Assembly (NCBI GenBank): GCA_944320495.1
Contig: CALUHR010000008.1
Span: forward strand, 42,249 to 106,248
Direction: 5' to 3'
Source of the DNA: Candidatus Methanomethylophilaceae archaeon
GTDB lineage: Archaea > Thermoplasmatota > Thermoplasmata > Methanomassiliicoccales > Methanomethylophilaceae
DNA length: 64,000 nt
Below are positions 55,965 to 64,000 of this stretch, one piece after another. Every line of letters begins with the position of its first letter. The first letter of the stretch is position 1. The position numbers and the translations under genes were made by a program. Under the pieces are notes generated by a model, which had not been told where the DNA came from, ran no database searches, and was given only the letters and a program-made list of their open reading frames with translations.

Positions 55965-57179
55965 TCGGACCATCAGCTCCATCACCGATTCCATGCCCGC
56001 GGAGGCCGCCATCTCGCCGGCGGTGACCCCCTTATCGTCGGGTATGTCGTATCTGGCGCCCTTCTTCACGAGCAGCCTGGCCGACTTCTCGTCCCTCCAG
56101 GAGATCGCGTGGTGAAGGGCCGTCCTGCCGTGCGAATCGCAGGCGTCCAGTGCGGCGCCTGCCACCACGAGGGGCTTGACCACGGCCCCGTGGCCGTTGG
56201 AGACGGCCGCCATCAGAGGCATGGTGCCGTCGTTCATCGCGATGTTCGGATCCGCCCCGAGGTTCAGCAGGGCCTCCGAGAGCCCGCCGTCCTGGTAGCG
56301 GTAGGATGTCAGCACGAGGATCAGAGGGGTCATGCCCCTGTCGTCGGCTACGTCGAGGCATCCGACCTTCGACAGTATGGCGATCTTGCGTGAAACTACA
56401 GCCTCCATGCCCGGCACGGATTGCCATTGGCGGCAGACGCTGACGGGGGGCTGCATGACCGCGTAGTGCGCCGCCGTGCGTCCGGAGTTGTCTGTCCGGG
56501 ATGTGTCCGCACCCCTGCCGATCAGCAGATCGGCGGACGCATCGTCCCCGATGAGACAGGCGGCGCAGAGGGGCGTTACTGAATCGAAATCCACCGCGTG
56601 TCCGTATCCCTGACGGGCCTCCGAACCGGGTGCGTCTGGATCGGCGCCCGTGTCCAGGAGCGCCTCGGCCAGATCCCTGTGTCCGAAGAGGACCGACAGG
56701 TGCAGGGGCGTGGCGCCGTATGCGTTGCAGACCATCCAATCTCCGGCATCGCCGGCGAGACGGGCCACGGCGGCCATCTCGGCCTCGCGGTCCCCCGCCC
56801 ACCCGGACCTCTCCATGGAGGCCAGAAGATGGAGGGCGTTGGAACCGGCGCGGTTGCACGATGTCAGGTCGGCGCCCGCCTCGGACAGACCCTTATAGAC
56901 CTCAGGACGGCAGATGCAGTGGGAGGCGCACATCGTCGGCAGCGTCTCCCCGTCGGGGAACCTGACACGGAGATCGAAGCCCCTGCCGGCGAGCATGCCG
57001 ATGAAATCGGTCGCCCGATCGGATTTGAGGGCCCTCTCGATCAGGCCCTCGGCGGCGTTCGCCTCGTCATCGTCATCCATGTCGAATCCTGATATCATCT
57101 CGGCAGCATCCGAAGCGGCCTGCTCCGCCCTGCCCTGGAAGAAATCCAGTTCGATCCTCCTTATCGCATCCCCATCCAT
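55965..57179 (-). CDS. Ankyrin repeat protein
   Basis: GATPLHLS, GRTAAHYA, GMTPL, GRTALHHA; ends VMELMV-CGA. Confidence 0.87.
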
Positions 57180-57198
57180 TATCGGCACCCCTTCGGAA

Positions 57199-57807
57199 TC
57201 GTCTCTGCACAGCATCCACCCTCAGGCCCGAGACCAGTTCGACGAGACGGTCCACCTGGATGTCGATGGCCTCATCCACGGCCTCCCCGTAGAGGAACGG
57301 CAGCGAATGCTTGCCCGTCCGTCCTATCCAGACGATCGACATCAGCATGTTATAGAACACACGGGGATCGAGACGGCTGACCGGGACGCCGAGCAGATTG
57401 AGGACCTCGGCGAAGAGCACGATGCGGTCGTTCTTGAATCCGGCGAACTCCTCGTCGCTCAGCAGCGTCCTGATGTACGTCTGGTCGTCGAAAGTGGCGA
57501 TGAACCATCTGCCGGACAGCAGATCGTCCAGGGTGGTCCTCAGACCGTTGTCCGCGCCGTAGTTCCAGACGTTGGTTCTGAAGCATCCGAGCATGTCCTC
57601 CGACTGGAGGTGGAACATCTCGATTATCAGGGCGGCTTTCGACGGGAAGAACGAGTAGAAGAACGTCTTCGAGATCCCTTCGGGAAGATAGATGTCCTCA
57701 AGGCTGGTCTCCCTGAGACCCTTCTCGGCGAAGACCTCTGCGGAACGCCTCAGCATATTCATGCGGATGGCGTCGCGTTCCTCCGCAGTGTACGCCTTCC
57801 TGGACAT
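57199..57807 (-). CDS. TetR/AcrR family transcriptional regulator
   Basis: FAEKGLRETSLEDI..GISKTFFYSFFPSK; CGA end gives about 202 aa. Confidence 0.88.
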
Positions 57808-57898
57808 CGCGTTTGATATCGACGCCTGCGGTTAAAGACCTTCGCATCGTATGCGTATTTATCGTCGGATACGGGGGCCGAAGCCCCGCATCCATGGT

Positions 57899-58948
57899 TC
57901 AGTACGGGTTGGCCTCGGAAACCTCGACCATGGCCCTGATGTTCTCTATCGGCGTCCCATATGGGACCGCGCAACCCGGACCGATGATGAATCCTCCGCC
58001 CTCACCGGCCTCGTCGAAGCATCTCTGGGACTCGCGCCTCACATCGTCGGCGGTCCCGCTCATGATCACCGATACGGGATCTATGTTACCCACGATGGCG
58101 CTCCTCCCCCTGAGGGCCTCCTTCGCGGCCCTCATGTCGACGGCATGGTCGAGACTGAATGCGGCGGCGCCGACCTTGGCGAAGTCCGCCAGCATCGGGC
58201 CGGTATCACCGCAGATGTGGACCATCGTCGGAGCCCCGTAGCGGCTCCTCAGATGGGACACGATGGAGATCAGGTTCCCCATGTTGTACTCCCTGAACAT
58301 GTTGTCGTCGATCATGCTCGCAGATGATACCGGATCGGTGCACACCACATAGTCGGCATCGAAGGACTCGAGCTCCGCTGAGACGATGTCCCTGCATAGC
58401 GCTGCACCCTTGGCTATGACCCTCTTGGCCTCGTCCGGGGCCATGAGCATGTCCATCAGAAGGCTCTCCGCCCCTCTGAGGTACGAGGCGACGGTAAGCG
58501 GCCCCTCGCACCAGGCCGGAGCCATAGCTCCCTCGCATCCCCTGCCCACGGCGGCAAGAGCCTCGATCACGTACCTGTGGAACATCGGCGAGTCCTTCTC
58601 GTCGAACGGATCGTACAGCGGCTTGGCGTCCACATCCTCCGGACTGTTGTAGTAGGCGTTCTTCAGGGACCCGGGCTCGTTCTCCGGGAGCTTTATCTCG
58701 ACTCCGGGGAGGTCCATGAAGATGCCCTTGGTCTCCAGGGGACCGAAGAAAAGGTCCGCGCCCGTGTCGGCCACCCACCTCCTCATGATCTCCGTGATCA
58801 GGGCGGGGTCCTCCCTGCACTCCCTGACGGTGTGGCCGGTGTAGCTGAGCATCGCGCTGTTGCCGAAGTCGCAGACAGGGGCCCTGTCGGGGATCTCGCC
58901 CTTGAACACAGCAACACAACGCTCCTTGGAATCCATCCTGACGGTCAT
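57899..58948 (-). CDS. MtaA/CmuA-like methyltransferase (uroporphyrinogen decarboxylase fold)
   Basis: DRAPV, EGPLTVA, VHICG, GNIDP, GPGCAV (Zn ligands H-x-C ... C). Confidence 0.8.
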   Translation of the reverse strand: MTVRMDSKERCVAVFKGEIPDRAPVCDFGNSAMLSYTGHTVRECREDPALITEIMRRWVADTGADLFFGPLETKGIFMDLPGVEIKLPENEPGSLKNAYYNSPEDVDAKPLYDPFDEKDSPMFHRYVIEALAAVGRGCEGAMAPAWCEGPLTVASYLRGAESLLMDMLMAPDEAKRVIAKGAALCRDIVSAELESFDADYVVCTDPVSSASMIDDNMFREYNMGNLISIVSHLRSRYGAPTMVHICGDTGPMLADFAKVGAAAFSLDHAVDMRAAKEALRGRSAIVGNIDPVSVIMSGTADDVRRESQRCFDEAGEGGGFIIGPGCAVPYGTPIENIRAMVEVSEANPY

Positions 58949-59104
58949 GGTGATACCCGACACGATGATTCGTCGTCTGACGTATTTATAGTACGGATTG
59001 CGGACATCACAAGACTGCGACTTGAGTATGGACGATTGGTCCACGAAATCCTTCCGGATCGGAAGGCTTGGTATCCAGACGTCTGATTCGAGAAAGTTAT
59101 AAAT

Positions 59105-59145
59105 CCCGCCTCGGGGGCGGGTGCCGCCGGAAGACCCGGCGGCTT
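59105..59145. terminator. Double hairpin downstream of mscS
   Basis: cccgcc-tcgg-gggcggg and gccgccgg-aagac-ccggcggc. Confidence 0.5.
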
Positions 59146-59150
59146 GTTTG

Positions 59151-60755
59151 TCACTGCCCCTCGGGGGTGGTGTCGTCGTCCTTGCGCTTGCCGTCGCAGG
59201 GGGTCTGGACGATGATGTCCAGCTTGTTGAACGGGATCTCGATGCCGTTCTCCTCGAACAGCTGGAAGATCCTCTCCCTCATCTGCCCGGCGTAGGTTCC
59301 GTTGCTGTCGAAGTCGTCGACGTAGGCGGCCAGCCTGAGCTCGATGGACGAGGACAGGAAGTTGGTGAGCCTGGTGGAGGGCAGGGATCTGGAGCCGTCC
59401 TTGATCACATGGGGGTGCTCCATCGCGGCCTGAACCATCAGCTCCTGGGCCTTCTTCAGGTCGCTTCCGTAGGAGACGGTCATGTAGACGTAGGTCCTGG
59501 TGTCGGGGTTCTCGGCGGTCATGTTGACGATGGTTCCGCCGGAGACGATGTTGTTGGGGATCGTTACGACCTGGTCCTGGTCCCAGTTGTCGAACTCTGT
59601 GAACATGAGCTTGACCTTCCTGACGATGTAGACCTGCCCGCCGATGTTCACGAAGTCGCCCCTCTTGAACGGCCTGGTGGACAGGAGCACGATTCCGGAG
59701 AAGAACTGGTTGAGGATGTTCTGAGCGCCGAGCGTGATACCCAGGGTGATCACTCCAGCGCTGAGCAGTATGCCCGTCAGGTCCACGCCGAATATGGCGA
59801 GGATGCCTGCCACCGCGGCGATGCAGATCACGATCTTGCCGATCATCTTGAACAGCGGGATGAGGGACGAGTCGATGCCCGAGTCGGTGCCGCGCTCCAC
59901 TCCGCGGAGCACCGCGCTGATGATGAACACGTAGACGGTCCAGGCCATCATGGCGCCGATGATCAGATACAGGACGCCGGAGATGGTGCTGAACGCGTCC
60001 CTGATCTCCGGGCTCACGCCCAGGATGGTGAGGCACTGGTTGAGCGCCAGAACAGCGATGAGGGCGACGACGAGGCTGGTGAGGTTCTTGCGCACCTTCC
60101 TCCTCTCGCCCTCGGACCCCTTCCCCGTGAATATGCGGGCGAAGAGGGGGATGAACACGAGGCACACGGCGTAGGCGATGATGATCCAGACCACCAGGGT
60201 GACCAAGGCGGTGACCCACTCGGACCCGAGGACGCCGTCGAGAGTGTTCGGGAACATGCCGAGGAACTTGTTGTCGCCGTCGGCGGAGTAGAATGCGGAG
60301 GTCACCGAGATGTCGGCGGTGACCGTCAGGGTGAAGGGCTCGACACCGTCCTCGAGGTCGGTGAACGTGAGGTTCACCGTGGCGGTCTCGGTGGGGCTGT
60401 CGTCGTACCTGTCTATGGACACGGTGACGTCGACCATGGCAACCTGCCCGGAATCTGTGAGCCTGTCGGGCATGAGCATGTCCTTGTTCGACGTCGCGGT
60501 GACATCCACGCTGTCGGAGCTGCCTTCGGCGTCCACCGTCAGCGACAGGTAGCAGTCGGATGTGTTGTACACGTAGATGATGAACGAATCGCTGCCGCCG
60601 CTCCCGATCTCCATCGAGAGGTGATCGCCCGAGGCGGATCCCGGCAGCGTGATGACGATGTCCTCCGGCGTCGCGGACTCAGCGTCGGATGCCAGGGGCA
60701 CGACGAGGAACGCGGCTGCCAGGATGACGGCCAGGACTGCTGTCCTTTTGAACAT
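59151..60755 (-). CDS. mscS: Small-conductance mechanosensitive channel family protein with N-terminal exported domain
   Basis: GITLGAQNILNQFFSG, RPFKRGD, TIPNN; signal-like N-terminus. Confidence 0.88.
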   Translation of the reverse strand: MFKRTAVLAVILAAAFLVVPLASDAESATPEDIVITLPGSASGDHLSMEIGSGGSDSFIIYVYNTSDCYLSLTVDAEGSSDSVDVTATSNKDMLMPDRLTDSGQVAMVDVTVSIDRYDDSPTETATVNLTFTDLEDGVEPFTLTVTADISVTSAFYSADGDNKFLGMFPNTLDGVLGSEWVTALVTLVVWIIIAYAVCLVFIPLFARIFTGKGSEGERRKVRKNLTSLVVALIAVLALNQCLTILGVSPEIRDAFSTISGVLYLIIGAMMAWTVYVFIISAVLRGVERGTDSGIDSSLIPLFKMIGKIVICIAAVAGILAIFGVDLTGILLSAGVITLGITLGAQNILNQFFSGIVLLSTRPFKRGDFVNIGGQVYIVRKVKLMFTEFDNWDQDQVVTIPNNIVSGGTIVNMTAENPDTRTYVYMTVSYGSDLKKAQELMVQAAMEHPHVIKDGSRSLPSTRLTNFLSSSIELRLAAYVDDFDSNGTYAGQMRERIFQLFEENGIEIPFNKLDIIVQTPCDGKRKDDDTTPEGQ

Positions 60756-60929
60756 GCTCAGATGTAGCTCTCACGGTTAAAATGGGTTTCCCAGCATCCG
60801 AACGCGATTCCGGCGGTAAACGACCGAATCGTTCAATACACCGACGACAATCGGGCTTGCGGGATCTTCCGGATGATGAGGAACCGAGGCTGACCCGTGA
60901 TGAGCCCTATGAGTCCTGACGGGGTCCCA

Positions 60930-61466
60930 TCGCTGCTGCGAATAGTCCGACATACCGGTGTACCCCATGAAATCGGACAGCTTCATCCCGTTCTCCCATC
61001 TCATGATGTAGTACCCGCTGTCCGAGACCTCCAGCTTGGGCAGCCTGCGGTACAGCACGCTGTGCCTTCCCCTGTAGGCGTGGTCCGTGGGTATGGTGAA
61101 CAGACGCCACGGGTCTCCGCGCTGGGACTTCAGCCGGAAGGCGTAGATCGGGACGAGATGCGAGCGGCAGCAGTCAGCGAGCATGATGTCGGCCTGCTCC
61201 GTGAGATGCTGGTTCTTGCTGAAGTGGAGGACGCTGTCCCCGGAGCTCTTCACCTCGATGGGGAACGAGAAGTCCCATCTGAGAGCCACCAGGTCCACTC
61301 CAAGGGATCCGGCGGCGCGGATGACCATGAACGGGTCCGTGAGCATCGTCTGGTAGTTCGCCTTCTCCATGGCATCGCAGGTCTTCACCATCTTAGCTAT
61401 GGCCTTCTGGTCGCCCGTGAGGAGGGACTTCAGCTCGCGCTCGTAGACGTCGCCCGGTGGTGCCAT
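60930..61466 (-). CDS. Hjc-like PD-(D/E)xK Holliday junction resolvase
   Basis: YERELK, RAAGSLGVDLVA, IEVKS; ends DYSQQ-CGA. Standard end 60777. Confidence 0.75.
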
Positions 61467-61656
61467 GATGGTTGTCGATTCCCGATGCCATATTTAAAGA
61501 GAACAAGGGGGGTGCAGCGAAAACCCCCCTCCCTGGCGATCAAGAGATGATCTTGACAATCCTTTATCTCCCGATGTCAGATATCGTACCGAGGGATGCA
61601 TGGATGATCGGAACCACCGTCACATTCGCAAAGATGCACACTGGAGGGAGGCTCCG

Positions 61657-62280
61657 ATGCCGACCTGCCCCAAGTGCGGAGCCTACAACCCGGACAGTTA
61701 CGAGTTCTGCTCCAGATGCGGCGAGATGATGTCGCCCGTCGAGATGGGCGCACCCGTCTCCAGGAGATACGCCGCGGACCGTCCCGCTCTGCGCTACCTG
61801 CTCATAGTCCTGCAGATAGTCCCGTGCGTGCTGGGACTCTACCTGCTGTTCGGCACGAGGCTCGACATCACCGGCTTCTACGGATTCTTCTCCGATACGA
61901 TGTCCATAATGGAGATCCTCGACCAGGGCTGGTACCCCACCAGCATCTCCGCGTCCGGATTCACCATCATCTTCTGGATATCCGCCATACTCTTCATCGT
62001 GGGCCTCTCCGTCCCGGTGTTCCACATATTCGGATACGTCATGACCCTCGGAATGGCCATGGGCATGTCGGAGATGTACGTGTTCGGCTCCGACTCCATC
62101 ATCATAGTCGGGGCGGATGTCGGCGGCATGGAGATCCTGGCGGTCCTCGGCCTGCTCATGGGGATCGCGGCGCTGCTCCTGTGGTTCGCCGTCGTCGTGC
62201 GCGGACCCTGCGCCAGCATGCCCCTGAAGCTGAGGCTCGCATACGTGTGGACCGGCAGGGTCGGTGAGAGGGAGAGGCGA
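61657..62280 (+). CDS. Zinc-ribbon membrane protein
   Basis: GGAGG RBS, CPKCG..FCSRCG, four TM segments; ends GERER-CGA. Confidence 0.8.
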
Positions 62281-62976
62281 TCGCCTCGAGGACCTGTCCA
62301 CGACCCTGATGCTGTCCACATCGACCCCGCAGTCCCTGAAGATGGGATCCACGATGCGGGTGCTGTGGGCGATGTAGCTGGAGTGGTCGGCGCGCTTCAT
62401 GATGCAGAGACGACCGTCCTGGACGGATCCTGCTATGAGCTCGGTGTCCTCCCTGCGGATGCAGTCCCTGCTTCCGGCTATGACCGTCACAGGGCACGTG
62501 ATGCGCGCCAGGTCCTCCGGACGGATGTCCGGCTCGGTGAGCATCATGCGGACCAGAGGCTCGTCCCCGTGGAGCAGCCTCGTGAGGGTCATGCCCTTTA
62601 TCATCGAGGGGCGGGTGTTCGCCCCGCAGACGAAGAGCCTCGAGGGAACATCGGGGTGCTCCATCGCGAACAGTAGTGCCACGATGCCGCCGTCGCTGAA
62701 CCCGCATATGATGGGGTCCTCGATCCCGAGCTTGCGGATGAAGTCGTGGAGGTCGTCCGCCATGTCGGCGTAGTGGTACTCCCCGTCGAGCGGCGGGGAG
62801 CTCTGACCCTGGCCGCGGGAGTCCACCAGATACACCGTGAACGCCTGCTCCAGATAGTCGACGGCGCGGTCGAAGATCGTATGGTCCTCGCCGTTGCCGT
62901 GGAGCATAATCAGCGCCGGACCCTTCTTCCCGCGGACCTCGTAGTAGATGGACACGCCGTTGGTTGTTACCCTCAT
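62281..62976 (-). CDS. Alpha/beta hydrolase
   Basis: LHGNGED, DSRGQG, GFSDGG nucleophile elbow; ends DRSSR-CGA. Standard code overlaps the whole convergent gene. Confidence 0.9.
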
Positions 62977-63027
62977 CGCTGAGGGATACTTCCAACGGGT
63001 AGATAATTATTAGGAAGAACTAAAAAT

Positions 63028-63047
63028 GGGAGGGATCGTCCCCTCCC
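63028..63047 (-). terminator. Hairpin downstream of aspS
   Basis: gggaggg..ccctccc followed by a T-run on the minus strand. Confidence 0.55.
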
Positions 63048-63057
63048 GTGGGGTTTT

Positions 63058-64000
63058 TCAGGGAGCCAGCCTGGAGGTGTCCCTCGGGAAGAGGATGACC
63101 TCCCTGATGTTGGGCAGGTCCAGGGCCTTCTCCAGGAGCCTCTCGGTTCCGATGCCCCATCCGCCGTGCGGGGGCATGCCGTACCTGAAGGCCTCGAGGT
63201 AGAACTCGAAGTCCTCGGGGTTAAGGCCCTTCTTCTCCATCCTCCTCACGAGCACGTCGTACCTGTGCTCCCTCTGTCCGCCGGAGGAGACCTCCTGGCC
63301 ACGGTAGTCCAGGTCGAAGCTGTAGGAGTAGGGGGTGCCGTCCTTCTCCATGATGTAGAAGGGCTTGGCCTCCTCAGGGTACTCGGCGATGAAGTACAGG
63401 TCGATCCCCTTCTGTCCCATGATATCGCCGACGATCTTCTCCCCCTCGGTCCCGAGGTCGTCGCCCTCGTTGAGCTTGAGCCCGGCGTCGTTGACCATCT
63501 TCAGGCACTCGGAGTACGTGAGGATGGGGTAAGGCCTGGCTGGGACGTTGATCTCCTTGCCGAGGATCTCGAGCTGCTTGGCCCCCCTCTCCTTCAGACC
63601 CCTGAGGACGTGGTCGACGATCTCCTCGATCATCGCCATTACGTCGTTCTGGTTCTGGATCCAGGACATCTCCCCGTCGAAGGAGATGAACTCCGTCACG
63701 TGGCGGTTGGTGTTGGACTGCTCGGCCCTGAAGGCGGGACCGATCTCGTAAACCCTGTCGAGTCCGGTGGACATCAGGATCTGCTTGTACAGCTGGGGGG
63801 ACTGGGCGAGATAGGCGGGCCTGTCGAAGTACTGGACCCTGAACAGCTCGGCCCCTCCCTCGGCGCCGGCGGCCCCGATCTTGGGGGTGTACACGCGGGT
63901 GAACCCGTTCTCCCTGACGGCCTCCTCGATGAGGTCGACCATGATGGACTTGAGCTCGAAGATGGCCTTTATCTCGGGCTTGCGCACATCCATGAACCTG
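63058..64000 (-). CDS. aspS: Aspartyl-tRNA synthetase, archaeal type (5' part outside window)
   Basis: AYLAQSPQLYKQ, FRAE..RH, YGMPPHGGWGIG, LFPRD. Confidence 0.96.
   Translation of the reverse strand, partial: RFMDVRKPEIKAIFELKSIMVDLIEEAVRENGFTRVYTPKIGAAGAEGGAELFRVQYFDRPAYLAQSPQLYKQILMSTGLDRVYEIGPAFRAEQSNTNRHVTEFISFDGEMSWIQNQNDVMAMIEEIVDHVLRGLKERGAKQLEILGKEINVPARPYPILTYSECLKMVNDAGLKLNEGDDLGTEGEKIVGDIMGQKGIDLYFIAEYPEEAKPFYIMEKDGTPYSYSFDLDYRGQEVSSGGQREHRYDVLVRRMEKKGLNPEDFEFYLEAFRYGMPPHGGWGIGTERLLEKALDLPNIREVILFPRDTSRLAP

Noticed and set aside
55497-57215. Ankyrin-TPR fusion protein
   Set aside because: Split by CGA plus RBS plus ATG at 55953-55967.
9191-62283. CGA ends as sequencing errors or sporadic TGA-to-CGA stop-loss mutations
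   Set aside because: 25 cases on both strands with varied flanking bases, and errors would not explain the near-absence of CGA inside genes. Raw-read inspection is still advisable.
175-63751. Many long antisense or alternate-frame ORFs in the track (e.g. 175-1410, 2683-4104, 13692-15374, 48019-49698, 59121-60767)
   Set aside because: Shadow ORFs of high-GC3 genes; no motifs, and biased Arg/Gly/Pro or Val/Asp/Leu composition.
1-64000. CRISPR array, rRNA, IS elements, selenocysteine recoding
   Set aside because: No regularly spaced repeats, rRNA-like sequence, transposase motifs or in-frame TGA in conserved genes were seen.

Overview
High-GC archaeal chromosomal DNA, most likely a host-associated Methanomassiliicoccales (Methanomethylophilaceae-like) methanogen. 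This is inferred from the thermosome, NreA, Hjc-like resolvase, MtaA-like methyltransferase, a tRNA-Ser without encoded CCA, and many gut-bacterial-type accessory genes. About 60 genes are supported: trkAH, hisD-ppk1-ppx, nreA plus a radical SAM gene, a flavodoxin/HxlR redox cluster, thermosome, two aldo/keto reductases, tandem serine recombinases, two HipA-like kinases, Sel1/TPR/ankyrin proteins, two helicases, MscS and aspS. The main result is that the window appears to use a non-standard genetic code. In 25 genes the first in-frame CGA (Arg in the standard code) sits where the protein is expected to end. It forms CGATG stop/start overlaps, back-to-back convergent gene ends, and splits two apparent fusion ORFs. 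CGA is almost absent inside coding regions: reading Arg codons by eye in most genes, I found one internal case. Conversely, no supported gene ends in TAG, and two genes carry an in-frame TAG within the reading frame, consistent with pyrrolysine. Working model: stops = TAA/TGA/CGA, TAG = sense. CDS ends below use this model, with the standard-code end noted where it differs. All counts were made by eye and need computational confirmation.
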